Positions 1 through 11,300 of a stretch of DNA of 62,523 nucleotides are shown here, piece by piece (the stretch's first letter is position 1; every line of letters begins with the position of its first letter). Origin of the DNA: a virus (taxonomy: Duplodnaviria > Caudoviricetes); the IMG/VR virus record IMGVR_UViG_3300027969_000104, positions 1 through 62,523 of that record; one strand, 5' to 3'. The notes under the pieces were generated by a model. It did no database searches. It had not been told where the DNA came from and saw only the letters and a list, made by a program, of their open reading frames with translations. A program made the position numbers and the translations under genes.

Positions 1-2640
1 GCTGATATTAATCCTGCTGTTAAAATATTACCACCAGTTACATTACCAACAGCACTTGATGATCCGGCATTTACAATATTACCAGCATAAACATTACCAG
101 TTGCTGTTACAAATCCAGCTGTAGTAATATTACCACCAATAATGTTAGCTGCTGATGTAATAGAACCAGTGGCTGATATCAACCCTGCTGTTAATAAATT
201 TCCACCAGTTATGTTACCAGTTGCTGTTACAAATCCAGCCGTTGATAAATTACCACCAATTACATTGCCATTAGCAGAAACGTTGCCAATTACGTCTACA
301 CCAGAACTAGTAACTACTACGACATTGCTTGATCCGTTAATTGTAATATTTGCGTTACCGTTTAATGCTGTAGTTATATTGGTATTACCATTGGTCAATG
401 CAGTTCCTGCAGTTGAACTAATACCAGTTAATTGACTACCATTACCAATAAAGTAATTACCAGTTACGTTTCCTGTAGCAGTAATTAATCCCGCTGTAGA
501 AATATTACCACCAGTTACGTTACCAGTAGCAGTAACTGCTCCAGCAGTTGTAATATTACCACCAGTTACGTTACCAACGGCACTTACTGTAAGTGCAGCA
601 TTGAAAACGTTGGCTAATACATAGTTAGCACCAGTAATATTACCACCAGAACCAGTACTAGTAACAAATCCAGCAGCATAAACGTTACCAGAAGAGCTAA
701 CAAATCCAGCTGTTACAATATTTCCGCCAGTTACGTCACCAGCAGAACTTGATGATCCAGCATTTATAATGTTACCTGCGTAAACATTGCCTGTAGCTGA
801 TACTAGTCCAGCTGTCAATAAATTGCCACCAGTTATATTACCCGCAGTACTTGCCGATCCGGCATTTATAATGTTACCTGCAAAAACATTACCAGTAGCC
901 GATACTAATCCCACTGTAGTAATATTACCACCAATAATGTTAGCTGCTGATGTAATTGTGCCAGTAGCTGATACTAAACCAGCTGTTCTGACATTACCAC
1001 CTTGAATATTTCCAGTAACACTTAAATTAGCACCTGTGTTAACATTACCTGTGCCATTTGGCGTTAATACAATGTTAGAGTTAGACGCACTAGTCTGAAT
1101 ATCTAATTGTCCTGAGTCAGTAATTGCTCCGCTTAATATTAAGTTACCAGCTGTAATATTACCTGTTGATACTGTTAAACTTGTTCCAGTGAGTGCCGCG
1201 CCAGTTATGGCACCAGTGGCACTGATTAATCCAGCTGTTAATAAGTTACCACCAGTTATATTACCTGTAGTACTTGCCGAACCAGCATTTATAATGTTAC
1301 CTGCAAAAACATTACCAGTTGCTGATACTAATCCAGCTGTTAGGATATTAGCACCGACTACATTGCCAGTTACACTTAAAATATTACCAACAGTATTGAA
1401 TGTTAGTCCTGAAGTAGCCGCTAAATTACCGCTACTGTTAAACTGAACTTGCGTATTAGAACCAGCTGCTGTAACGTTACCACTAATACTACCAGCAAAA
1501 GTACCAACAAAAAACCCGGCTGTTGTAATGTTACCAGTAGCACTTACTTGTCCAGCTGTTAGAATATTACCTGCGATAACATTACCAGTAGATGTAATTA
1601 AACCAACTGTAACTAAGTTTCCACCCGTTACATTACCGGTAGCAGTTACAAAACCAGCAGTAACTAAATTTCCGCTTGTTATTGTTGCTGTGGCACTAAT
1701 ACCTACATTAGTTGACCATGCATTTGACGAATTTTGATATTGCCAATATGTTAATGGAGCTGTATTAGGACCTACTGAAAATCCTGCATTATTAACGTTG
1801 GCATATGTGTTTTGATTATTAGCTAATTGGATCCATAAATCGTTCGTAGTAATTACATTACTACCAATAAACGTTACATTACCTTGTACATCTAAACTAC
1901 CAACAATAACAGCATTGCCTGCAATACTCAAATTACCATTTGTTAATAAACTACCTGTGGCGCTTACTAGTCCGGCTGTTAAAATGTTACCACCAGTTAC
2001 ATTACCAGTAGCAGTAACTAAACCAGCTGTAGAAATATTGCCACCAATTACATTGGCCGCTGAAGTAATAGTTGAAGTAGCTGATATTAATCCAGCTGTT
2101 AATAAGTTACCACCAGAAATATTTGCTGCTGATGTAATTGTTGACGTAGCTGATATCAATCCAGCTGTTATTAAGTTACCACCAGTTACATTACCACTGG
2201 CACTTAACAAACCAGTAATATATTCACCAGTAGGAGCAAATACAGCAACGTCACCTACACCACTTACTGATATAGTTACATTGGCCGCTGCAGTGGCAAT
2301 GTTAACATTACTATTACCGTTTATTACATTTGAAACTGAAGTAATGATACCAGTTAATTGACTACCATTACCTAAAATATAGCTACCGGTTATATTACCA
2401 GTAGCTGAAATTAAACCAGCAGTGGTTACATTACCACCAATTACATTTCCGCTAGCACTTAATACGGTACCTAATACACTTGAACCTGTTACAGTACCAG
2501 TTGATGATACTAAACCAGCTGTTAATAAATTACCGCCAATAACATTACCCACTGAGCTTGATGTACCAGCATTAATAATATTACCAGAATAAACGTCACC
2601 AGTGGCACTAACAATACCAGTAGAAAATACATTACCTAAT
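1..2640 (-). repeat. Degenerate coding tandem repeats with 51-nt (17 aa) and 69-nt (23 aa) units
   Basis: Recurring ccagctgtt...ttaccaccagttac blocks, e.g. 1972/2023 (51 nt apart) and 2092/2161 (69 nt apart). Confidence 0.85.
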
Positions 2641-3140
2641 GAAATATTACCGTTAGAATTAGTGGTAGGAATAGCGTTACCAGCATAAGTCAGTTGAGTA
2701 GCATTTCCAGTTAACTGAACTCCGCCAATATAAATTGAAGTATTACTTACATAAAGATGTTGCCATTGATTAGTTACATTTCCTAAACTGTAGTTGGAAT
2801 CAGTACTAGGGATAATATTTCCATTAAAACCTGTGCTCAAATAAGCTAATACGTTACTATTACTATAAGAACCAACAATACTATTAGCTGTAATTCCAGT
2901 TAATTGGCTACCATTACCAAAGAAATAGTTACCAGTAATATTTCCCAATGCGCTTACATAGCCATTGGTAAGTATGTTACCACCAACAACATTTCCTCCT
3001 GCTATAATGTTTGAAGAAACAGAAAGATTTACAAATCCTGTTGCTGTTCTAGTCCATGCGTTTGACGCAGAAGAATAAACATATGTTATATTATTAACTA
3101 CTGCGGTTTGGCCATCTGAAGGCGAGGTTGGAAATGCCAT
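1..3140 (-). CDS. Long repetitive tail-fibre-like virion protein, partial (runs off the left edge; >1040 aa)
   Basis: Not in the ORF track because its stop lies outside the window. ATG at 3140 (MAFPTSPSDGQTAVVNNITYVY...) follows AAGGA SD and TATAAATA; the frame at the left edge matches. Many TGNVTGGNLLTAGLISA-type repeats. Confidence 0.8.
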   Translation of the reverse strand, partial: MAFPTSPSDGQTAVVNNITYVYSSASNAWTRTATGFVNLSVSSNIIAGGNVVGGNILTNGYVSALGNITGNYFFGNGSQLTGITANSIVGSYSNSNVLAYLSTGFNGNIIPSTDSNYSLGNVTNQWQHLYVSNTSIYIGGVQLTGNATQLTYAGNAIPTTNSNGNISLGNVFSTGIVSATGDVYSGNIINAGTSSSVGNVIGGNLLTAGLVSSTGTVTGSSVLGTVLSASGNVIGGNVTTAGLISATGNITGSYILGNGSQLTGIITSVSNVINGNSNVNIATAAANVTISVSGVGDVAVFAPTGEYITGLLSASGNVTGGNLITAGLISATSTITSAANISGGNLLTAGLISATSTITSAANVIGGNISTAGLVTATGNVTGGNILTAGLVSATGSLLTNGNLSIAGNAVIVGSLDVQGNVTFIGSNVITTNDLWIQLANNQNTYANVNNAGFSVGPNTAPLTYWQYQNSSNAWSTNVGISATATITSGNLVTAGFVTATGNVTGGNLVTVGLITSTGNVIAGNILTAGQVSATGNITTAGFFVGTFAGSISGNVTAAGSNTQVQFNSSGNLAATSGLTFNTVGNILSVTGNVVGANILTAGLVSATGNVFAGNIINAGSASTTGNITGGNLLTAGLISATGAITGAALTGTSLTVSTGNITAGNLILSGAITDSGQLDIQTSASNSNIVLTPNGTGNVNTGANLSVTGNIQGGNVRTAGLVSATGTITSAANIIGGNITTVGLVSATGNVFAGNIINAGSASTAGNITGGNLLTAGLVSATGNVYAGNIINAGSSSSAGDVTGGNIVTAGFVSSSGNVYAAGFVTSTGSGGNITGANYVLANVFNAALTVSAVGNVTGGNITTAGAVTATGNVTGGNISTAGLITATGNVTGNYFIGNGSQLTGISSTAGTALTNGNTNITTALNGNANITINGSSNVVVVTSSGVDVIGNVSANGNVIGGNLSTAGFVTATGNITGGNLLTAGLISATGSITSAANIIGGNITTAGFVTATGNVYAGNIVNAGSSSAVGNVTGGNILTAGLIS

Positions 3141-3169
3141 TTTTTATCCTTATGAATTAATGTACAGTT

Positions 3170-3177
3170 TATTTATA
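3170..3177 (-). promoter_or_regulatory. T4-type late promoter TATAAATA
   Basis: Exact gp55 consensus upstream of the 3140 start. Confidence 0.75.
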
Positions 3178-3197
3178 ATAAATTACAATAGATTGCG

Positions 3198-3896
3198 TTA
3201 CCATGTATTTATTAGAGATCTTTTCCATGTGTTTGTAGCTACACAAACGTACACATAATCAGAATCCCATGTTATTTGTCCTGCTACTCCGTCAGCTGAA
3301 CTAGATGCTGGAGTGAAACTTGTTGTTAGATTTAATGCTGTAGTATAAAATCCTGTGTTGGCAAAAACTGCTACATTGCTAGTGCCATTAATGTTAACGG
3401 TTGCGTTGGAATTTGTATTAGTAATGACAATATTACTATTTCCATTTGTAACTGCGTTAAATGATCCATCAATTCCCACAGTTGAACCATAATCATCTAA
3501 CCAAAAATAATCAGTTCCATCAAATGTATAGCGATATTGAGCATTTGTTGTGCTATCATACCAAAAATCACCAACACTGGGATTACTTGGAGGAGTTGAG
3601 CTGGTGGTTGAACGTATACCACCGCCAAAAATATTACCTGAAGCACTGATAACATTACCAGAAATTAATCCATTTGCTGTAATATTTCCCGAAACTGAAA
3701 CAGAAGATAAAGATACAGAGTTTGCCCAAACTCTTGTATTATCTGTTGATATTGTCAAAATGCTATCATCAGCACCGGGCCCAAGGTTAGGTTCGGCTTG
3801 ACCCAATGCTAAAAATTGATATCTAGATGAATCAAGATTAGCATACGGTACTACCGGAGCCTTACCACTAAGAAGTTTCGTTGTGTTTATTGACAT
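3198..3896 (-). CDS. Virion/fibre-associated protein
   Basis: 232 aa ORF; PSNPSVGDFWYDS motif and C-terminal GQITWDSDYVYVCVATNTWKR motif typical of phage fibre-associated proteins. Confidence 0.65.
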   Translation of the reverse strand: MSINTTKLLSGKAPVVPYANLDSSRYQFLALGQAEPNLGPGADDSILTISTDNTRVWANSVSLSSVSVSGNITANGLISGNVISASGNIFGGGIRSTTSSTPPSNPSVGDFWYDSTTNAQYRYTFDGTDYFWLDDYGSTVGIDGSFNAVTNGNSNIVITNTNSNATVNINGTSNVAVFANTGFYTTALNLTTSFTPASSSADGVAGQITWDSDYVYVCVATNTWKRSLINTW

Positions 3897-3897
3897 A

Positions 3898-4230
3898 TTA
3901 TGCGGTTAATGTTTCTAAGTAACTTAAAACTAATTGTCCACTAGTGTCATCACTTGACGAAAGCTGTAATTGATCTCCATATTGTAAAATTAATCGGCCA
4001 GTTAAAATACTTGCAGCATCGTCAGCAGGAATACTATAATTATTAATCAATGATGTAGATGCACTTGCCCTAAGTACACTGGCAGAAATTTGAATAGTTC
4101 CATTACCTGTATTACTAACCTGTGCTAATAACACGACAGTAGCATATCCTAACGGAGGAGTATATACAGTTGTAGTAGTAGTGGTAATATCTGCTAAGTT
4201 TGTTTTAAATAAATTTAGTGCGCCTGCCAT
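3898..4230 (-). CDS. Small virion structural protein
   Basis: 110 aa beta-rich ORF, AAGGA SD, in an operon with fibre genes. Confidence 0.65.
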   Translation of the reverse strand: MAGALNLFKTNLADITTTTTTVYTPPLGYATVVLLAQVSNTGNGTIQISASVLRASASTSLINNYSIPADDAASILTGRLILQYGDQLQLSSSDDTSGQLVLSYLETLTA

Positions 4231-4253
4231 AATTTTTCCTTGTTCTTTGCCGA

Positions 4254-5897
4254 TTAATCGCCCGCTAAAGCTAAAATGTACGGTGTCATTTGAGCAAATA
4301 AACTTTTATAAAATGCATCACCTGTAATAGTTGCAGTTGCTTGATTAACAATAAATCCGTCACCTACTTTAAAATTACCTTTTTGATCTGTACTTGTGTA
4401 TGTTATAACAGCACCATTGGTTGCCAGCACTTCATTAGCTTCAATTGGAATACCACCATATTGTGGCAATGCTGTGGCAGGATTAGTTCCCGCACCCACG
4501 TACTCAAACGTGTGTGCAGAAGCAATAATACTACTGCGAGTATAAAATGACATTCCTGTACCAGGAGCAGCATTACCTAAATATGTTTGTTGTACTAGTA
4601 CTGTACTATTACCTACACCCGGAACGTTAGGAAGTATAGTATCAATAGTATAATATTGAGGATCCCCATCTATTAGAACCACAGTATTAACGTGAGGTTG
4701 ACCATTAGATAAGTTATCAATAATAAATGATCCTTGAAATTGACTTACAATATTTCCAGAAGTTTGAAGTGGACCTACACCGTCAGCTACCAATCCGTAG
4801 TTACCTATTGAACAATCTGATCCGTTAAGAGTAATGAATGATCCTGATTCAACTTGAATTCCAATGTCACAAGCAATTGTATAAATGTTAACTGATTGAC
4901 TATATGATGAATTTACAAGATGTATACCTATACCACCTCTATTGATAATGGTAAAAAAACCTACAATCATTGCTTTAGTGCCAATACACACATCACCATC
5001 AACATACACGGCAGTTCCAGTGGTAGTACTTGAGGTAAGATTTTGAATATATGGACTAACAAAAGCTGTAGTTACTATGTTTGGATTATAACTAAATGCT
5101 TTACCAGTATAATCCTTTACTGTTATTCCCCATACATAAGTTCCACCAGACATGTAAAACATATCTCTAGTTGATATTTGTGGTTTTATGAATACATTTC
5201 TTAAATTGTCACCCATCAATGCCGTATTTGGTGGAATAGTAATAGGCATATTCTCAGTATATGTGCCAGGAGCAACATGAATTGATACGTTGCCACCCAA
5301 TGCGGTTGCACGACCCATGGCATTTTCAATTGTTAATACAGGAGAAGTTAATCCACCTGTATTCAGATCACTGCCATTTTTTGCTACATATATTATATTA
5401 GCACTGGCAGAAGTAATATTTATATTAGCGTTGATATCTTGTGCTGTGATGCTGCCAGAAACACTAAGATTGCCGCCTAATGCCAATAAACCTGTATTTG
5501 AATTAAATGTTAAATTAGAACTACCGCCAAATACGCCATTATCATTGAATTGGATAGCTGTGTCTGGACCTTCTGGAAGAGTATTAACATTAGCATAAGC
5601 AGTTATTGGCGCTCCATTTGAATAGACACTATTACTAGTTTGCCATGCGTTGACAGTTGTATCAAATCGTAATCCAGCAAATGTATTAGCACCCGTTTGG
5701 CCTAACAATCCCATATCAGTAAACACACCAGTATTGTTTGCTGCTACAGTTAGAAAAGGACTTACAGTAATTGCCGGAACATTATATGTAACATTTCCAG
5801 TAAATACCGTTTGGGCATTAATCGTAAAAATACCATTACCGGCAGGTGTTCCTACATTTAATGTATAATCTGTGTTTATATTTTTAAACGAAGCCAT
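4254..5897 (-). CDS. Virion protein with pectin-lyase-like beta-helix (tailspike-like)
   Basis: IYVAKNGSD...TIENA...IHVAPGTYTE...GDNLR motif, characteristic of beta-helix N-caps. Confidence 0.65.
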   Translation of the reverse strand: MASFKNINTDYTLNVGTPAGNGIFTINAQTVFTGNVTYNVPAITVSPFLTVAANNTGVFTDMGLLGQTGANTFAGLRFDTTVNAWQTSNSVYSNGAPITAYANVNTLPEGPDTAIQFNDNGVFGGSSNLTFNSNTGLLALGGNLSVSGSITAQDINANINITSASANIIYVAKNGSDLNTGGLTSPVLTIENAMGRATALGGNVSIHVAPGTYTENMPITIPPNTALMGDNLRNVFIKPQISTRDMFYMSGGTYVWGITVKDYTGKAFSYNPNIVTTAFVSPYIQNLTSSTTTGTAVYVDGDVCIGTKAMIVGFFTIINRGGIGIHLVNSSYSQSVNIYTIACDIGIQVESGSFITLNGSDCSIGNYGLVADGVGPLQTSGNIVSQFQGSFIIDNLSNGQPHVNTVVLIDGDPQYYTIDTILPNVPGVGNSTVLVQQTYLGNAAPGTGMSFYTRSSIIASAHTFEYVGAGTNPATALPQYGGIPIEANEVLATNGAVITYTSTDQKGNFKVGDGFIVNQATATITGDAFYKSLFAQMTPYILALAGD

Positions 5898-5916
5898 TAG
5901 TATTAATCCTTTTTAT

Positions 5917-5924
5917 TATTTATG
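5917..5924 (-). promoter_or_regulatory. Late promoter CATAAATA
   Basis: One mismatch to TATAAATA; upstream of AAGGA SD and ATG 5897. Confidence 0.6.
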
Positions 5925-5948
5925 TGTAAACACAAATGCTTTAACCAC

Positions 5949-5975
5949 AAAAAATCCCCTATTTTAAAGGGGATT
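5949..5975 (-). terminator. Rho-independent terminator
   Basis: AATCCCCT-7nt-AGGGGATT then T-tract on the minus strand, downstream of 6036..6953. Confidence 0.75.
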
Positions 5976-6035
5976 AAAACTTAAACTAGGTTTAAGATTT
6001 ATGCTGTATCTACATAGGACTCAGCTGTTATAGTA

Positions 6036-6953
6036 TTACGGATTACTAGGAACTTGTGCCATTGTAATATTACCAACACTACTAGTAAATGTAACTGCTT
6101 CTGCACCCGATTTAACAACAGTTACAGGAGGAGTTCCAACACTAAATGTTAATCCACGAGTATTACCTGCTGTGGTAACAATGTTTGCTCCGCCAATTGT
6201 GGTTGATAGCGTAAATGTTGTTGTGCCATTAGTAGATGTAACAAAATACGTTGTTGGATCTGAGTAACCAGTAATAGTAGCATTACCAGTTAATGTTCCA
6301 GCAACAACAACAGCAGCGTTTGCTATAATAGTGGTAGCAGGAGTAGTACTAAATGTTCCTGCGTTGCCAGTAACAGTTGTAGTACTCAGTGTAACATTAG
6401 CTGCAGGCTCAAAGAAGTTTAAAAAGTACTGTTTGGTATTATTGTTAACAATAACTCCATCTACCTGTGCTGCTGTACTAAACCCAACACCATATTTGTT
6501 GTTAATACGGGACATATATGTTATATCAACGTTACCTGTGCCGTCAGGAGTACTAACACCAACACTCATTTGATTAACTGTTAACGCACCATTTGCCACG
6601 TTAGCTAGATAAGCAACCCCAGTTGCGCCAGAAGTTACTCCGGTAACTAAGAATTTACTAGCGCCTTTCTGTCGTGTAATAAATGCTGCTTCATTTTGTG
6701 TACCATCAATATTAGCTGAAACGGCAACTACTGGAAATGTAGCTGAGCCATCAGCCATTGTAGCATTGCCATTGTTCCAACCTGTTTGTGAATTTTGTAC
6801 ATTACCACCAACAATACCATAATAATTAGTACCTGTTAATCCTGGTGGAGTAACAGCATCTGTTAATGTATTGATTTGTGGATAACCTGCGTTGACTGCA
6901 TCACCTGGAGTGGCAGCATAACCTTGTTTTTGAATTTTTAATGGACGACCCAT
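6036..6953 (-). CDS. Probable virion structural protein (MGRPLKI... N-terminus), function unknown
   Basis: 305 aa Thr/Gly/Asn-rich ORF, AAGGAG SD, own late promoter and terminator. Confidence 0.6.
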   Translation of the reverse strand: MGRPLKIQKQGYAATPGDAVNAGYPQINTLTDAVTPPGLTGTNYYGIVGGNVQNSQTGWNNGNATMADGSATFPVVAVSANIDGTQNEAAFITRQKGASKFLVTGVTSGATGVAYLANVANGALTVNQMSVGVSTPDGTGNVDITYMSRINNKYGVGFSTAAQVDGVIVNNNTKQYFLNFFEPAANVTLSTTTVTGNAGTFSTTPATTIIANAAVVVAGTLTGNATITGYSDPTTYFVTSTNGTTTFTLSTTIGGANIVTTAGNTRGLTFSVGTPPVTVVKSGAEAVTFTSSVGNITMAQVPSNP

Positions 6954-6976
6954 GGAAATCTCCTTTGTTTTTAGTT

Positions 6977-7028
6977 GCGAGTTCTAGCTCGCTACGCGGG
7001 GATAAAACCGCATAAAGCATTATTGCCT
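6977..7028 (-). promoter_or_regulatory. Structured 5' leader (three abutting hairpins), candidate cis-regulatory RNA
   Basis: AGGCA/UGCUU, UUAUGCGG/CCGCGUAG and GCGAG/CUCGC stems between promoter AATAAATA (7036-7043) and the SD. Confidence 0.5.
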
Positions 7029-7091
7029 GTACTAATATTTATTGATTGTTAACTTTTTTAAACAGCATACTAAATGATAATAAATATTTCC

Positions 7092-8243
7092 ATGACTCCT
7101 CACGAACTATTAGCACTAGGTAACGATTATCGTTCACAAACTAAACCCGAACAAGCCTTAGCTTGTTATGCCCAAGCATTTGTACAAAATCCCGACATGG
7201 GAGCAGCTTATAATAATTATGGCAACGTAGTAAGAGAAATGGGCTATCCCGATCGTGCAATTGGATTTCTACTCAATGCAATTGCTATTGATGAACATGA
7301 TTCAGTCGCACAATTTAATCTTGCTGTGGCATATTTGCTATCAGGAGATCTTGAGCGCGGCTGGCGTCAATATGAAAAACGTTGGAATTTTGAACATTTA
7401 GATGGCATGTTACCAAAATTTTCTCAACCACGATGGGAAGGCCAGGATTTAAATGGAAAATCTATATTAATAACCGGAGAACAAGGGCATGGTGATAATA
7501 TACAGTTTTGTCGTTTTGCTGAACAACTAGTACATGCAGGAGCAAAAGTTTATATTAGTGTAGATAATAATTTACGACCTTTATTTTTAGCATCATTTTT
7601 AAATTCTGTGACTATCTTAGCACCAGAAGATTTACTCCCTGAATTTGACTACTGGACACCAATTATGAGTATACCAGGATTCCTAGGTATTACATATAAA
7701 AATTTGCCGTACAAGCTACAATATCTTAATCCCAGTGCTGCAACAGTACAAACCTGGGCTAAACGATTAGGTTTAAAAAAACGACTTCGTGTTGGATTTT
7801 GCTGGAGTGGTCGTAAAGACAGCTGGATCAATCAACACAAAGCAGTACCATTTGAAAAAATGCTAGCATTAATACAACGAAATCCTGATTATGAATGGCT
7901 TAATCTTCAGGCAGAATGTACTGCAGATGAACAACAACAATTAGTCTCAGCAGGAGTACAATCTTATCCTGCAAGCATCGGCAATTGGGATGATACAGCG
8001 GGATTAATGCAACACCTTGATGTTGTTGTAGCTGTAGATACCGCAGTTGGGCATCTAGCGGGTGCCATGGGACGACCTTTTTGGTTACCACTTAATAAAT
8101 TTGGTCAAGATTGGCGTTGGCTATTAGACAGGAATGATAGTCCTTGGTATGGATCATGCAGAATTTTCCGTCAACCTACAATTGGCAATTGGGACGATCC
8201 ACTTGAACAAATCCATAATAATTTAAAATTATTTAAGATTTAA
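7092..8243 (+). CDS. TPR-repeat glycosyltransferase (GT-B fold, GT9/heptosyltransferase-like C-terminus)
   Basis: TPRs (AYNNYGNV, AQFNLAVAYL), EQGHGDNIQF, LDVVVAVDTAVGHLAGAMG, DWRW...SPWY motifs; start re-assigned to ATG 7092, 5 nt after AATAAATA. Confidence 0.85.
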   Translation: MTPHELLALGNDYRSQTKPEQALACYAQAFVQNPDMGAAYNNYGNVVREMGYPDRAIGFLLNAIAIDEHDSVAQFNLAVAYLLSGDLERGWRQYEKRWNFEHLDGMLPKFSQPRWEGQDLNGKSILITGEQGHGDNIQFCRFAEQLVHAGAKVYISVDNNLRPLFLASFLNSVTILAPEDLLPEFDYWTPIMSIPGFLGITYKNLPYKLQYLNPSAATVQTWAKRLGLKKRLRVGFCWSGRKDSWINQHKAVPFEKMLALIQRNPDYEWLNLQAECTADEQQQLVSAGVQSYPASIGNWDDTAGLMQHLDVVVAVDTAVGHLAGAMGRPFWLPLNKFGQDWRWLLDRNDSPWYGSCRIFRQPTIGNWDDPLEQIHNNLKLFKI

Positions 8244-8302
8244 AACATTAAAATTACATTAATCCGACTAAATACTTCATAATAACAACAAGGAGTATTA
8301 AA

Positions 8303-11300
8303 ATGGCTGATGGTAATTTTGGTAATGTATCCGCAACAGGTAACATAGTAGCTGATGGCTACATTTCAGCAGCAGGAAATGTAACAGCAGCAAATTTATT
8401 GTTTGCTAGTCCAACTACTGCTAATATCAGTGTTGGTAATATTGGCTTATACAATAATTTAAATATGGTAGGCTCATTATCCACTAGCGGTAATGTCTTG
8501 GCAGATAGAATAACAGGTAATCTTGTCACAGCAAACCAACCTAACATTACTAGCGTAGGTACATTATCTAGCCTGGCAGTAACAGGTAATGCTACTTCTG
8601 GCAATGTATTAACATCAGGTATTATTAGCTCAACAGGCAATGCTACACATAGCAATGTAACAGCAGGAATTGTTTCCGCAAATGCTGTGTTAGCAAATAC
8701 AATAACATTTAACAGCCCAACTACCTCCAATATTGATGTTGGTAATCTTGCGTTATACAGTAATTTAAATATGACTGGCTCTATATCATCTGCTGGAAAT
8801 ATCACTGGCGCTAGATTAATTGGTAATTTATTCACAGCAAATCAACCTAATATTACTAGTATCGGCACATTAACCAGTTTATCAGTAAGTGGTAATGCTA
8901 CAGTCGGTAATGTATTAACATCAGGCATTGTTAGCTCAGCTGGTAACGCCACACATGGCAATGTAGCAGCAGGAATTATCTCCGCAAATGCCATACTAGC
9001 CAATACCATAACATTTAATAGTCCAACTACTGCCAATATTGATGTTGGCAATCTTGCGATATACAGTAATTTAAATATGACTGGCTCAATGTCTGCCGGT
9101 GGAAATATTAGAGGCAACTATTTTCTAGGAAATGGTTACTATTTGACAGGTATAAGTGGTGTAGCAAGTAACTATGGAAATAGTAATGTAGCAGCTTATT
9201 TGCCTACATATACAGGTAATTTAACAGCAAATATTATATCAACAACTGGTAATATAACTGGAAGTTACATTCTAGGCAATGGAAGTCAATTAACTGGCAT
9301 TACTTCTAGCTATGGAAATGCCAATACTGCTAATTTCTTAGCAAATTTCGGTTCCAACACAATTAGTACCACAGGATCAATCAGCGCCGGCGATGTTACT
9401 TTAAATAATCTTTACTCTCCTAATTATTTCGCTAATGCTGTAGCGTTCGCTAATGCTACCGGTTATATTACTACTTCTAGTTTATTCAAGTATAATTCCG
9501 GAACAGAAGTTCTTACAGTAGGCACTGTATCTGCTACAGGCAATATAACTGCTAATTATTTCGTTGGTAATGGAAGTCAATTAACTGATCTTCCAACCGG
9601 TTATTCAAATGCTGATGTTTCTACATATCTGGCAAATAGCAATGTAGTAATTTCAACAACTGGTAATATTACCGGAAGTTATATTCTAGGTAATGGAAGT
9701 CAATTAACTGGTATTGCCGCAAGTTATGGCAACGCCAATGTTGTTGCTAACTTGGCTGCATTAGGATCAAACCCAATCAGCACCACGGGCAATATCACAG
9801 CAGGCAATATCAGCACAGGCGTGATCACACTCACAAACGGTGCAACAATTCAAGACACTGTGGGTGACGCAGTGGCATTTGGTTCGGGTGCTGGACTAAC
9901 CAATCAAGGCCTGGTTGCAGTAGCCATTGGCAACTCGGCTGGTAATGTCAATCAAGGTAATATATCAGTGGCCATTGGTTATCAAGCTGGTAATACCAGT
10001 CAAGGTGACCAATCAGTAGCAATCGGTGATAGTGCTGGTAAAACCACACAAGGTGAATCGTCGGTGGCTGTGGGCCAAGGAGCTGGACAAACCACACAAG
10101 GTGGCTCGGCAATAGCAATTGGTTTTGGGGCTGGTGCAGCCACACAAGGAACCTCGGCAATAGCATTTGGAAGACTTGCTGGTCAAACCACACAAGGCAT
10201 CTCGGCCGTGGCCGTTGGTGATGGAGCCGGGCAAGACACACAGGGTCAATACGCAGTGGCCATTGGCTACGGAGCCGGCAACTCCAATCAAGCCAACAAC
10301 TCAATCATATTGAACGCCACAGGATCAGTCCTGGAGCAAACCACTGTCAACACATTCACAGTGAAACCAGTGCGACAAGCCAACACAGCAAATGCCATGT
10401 ATTATGATGCATCTACTGGTGAGATCACATATGACACGGCTGGTGGCGGCGGCAACACAGGCAATGTAACATTCAATGATATTAATATCATTGGTACAGG
10501 AAACTTAAAACTACAACCAGATTCTGCTAACGCTAGTGCTTATTTGGATATCTTTTTAACCGGAGGTCCAGACATTCACATTGCTGGCAACGGCGAAACT
10601 GTTATTCTTGGGACTGATGACTTTGCAAATGTCACTGTCAATATTGATGGTAATGTGTCTATACAATCCGGTGATGCCAATGGCACACATACTTGGAACT
10701 TTGACACTACTGGTAACTTGTCCTTGCCATTGAATAGTGTTGTCTATGAAACCAACATTCCGGACGGCGGACTTAGTGGCAGTGCCATTGCTTTAAAACC
10801 AACAGGTGGAACAAATGCTGATCAACAACTATTAATTTATCCAACCACTAATGATGCCAATCACCTACACTTGACTTCGGGCAACTTATACAGCACCGAA
10901 TTGTTCTTTGGCAATGATAACTTATATGTTAAGTTAGCAAATACAGGTAATGTTGTTATCAATAGTAATAATGGTATTGGCAATAGTGCTCAATGGACAT
11001 TTGATACCACTGGTAACTTGACCACGCCAGGTGGCATGATCATCAACGGCAACACCAACACGATAGGCACACAGACAGCATTGTTACAAGCCGCTAATGA
11101 TCTACCCTTATCATTTATAGCATCTGGTGCCAACGGGTCAGTAACATCATTCTGGGCAGAAGATTTTGCCAACTTGATGACCAGCAACATAGCGGCCATA
11201 TACACGCCGTTGCAAAACACGCAGACCGTGCGTATTGTCACTGGTAGCAATGGCGGCAATATAGCCATCTACGACTTTGACGATCAAGGAATGTTTACTG

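Noticed and set aside
142-2361. Plus-strand ORFs rich in LPPV/PVA (142, 787, 1189, 1528, 1915)
   Set aside because: Antisense shadows of the repetitive minus-strand fibre gene; the same applies to short antisense ORFs inside other large genes (e.g. 8359..8835, 21577..22077, 41928..42458)
6971-6992. preQ1-I riboswitch (GTTCTAG loop on the + strand)
   Set aside because: Wrong strand for the adjacent gene and no AAAAAACUA tail 3' of the stem on that strand
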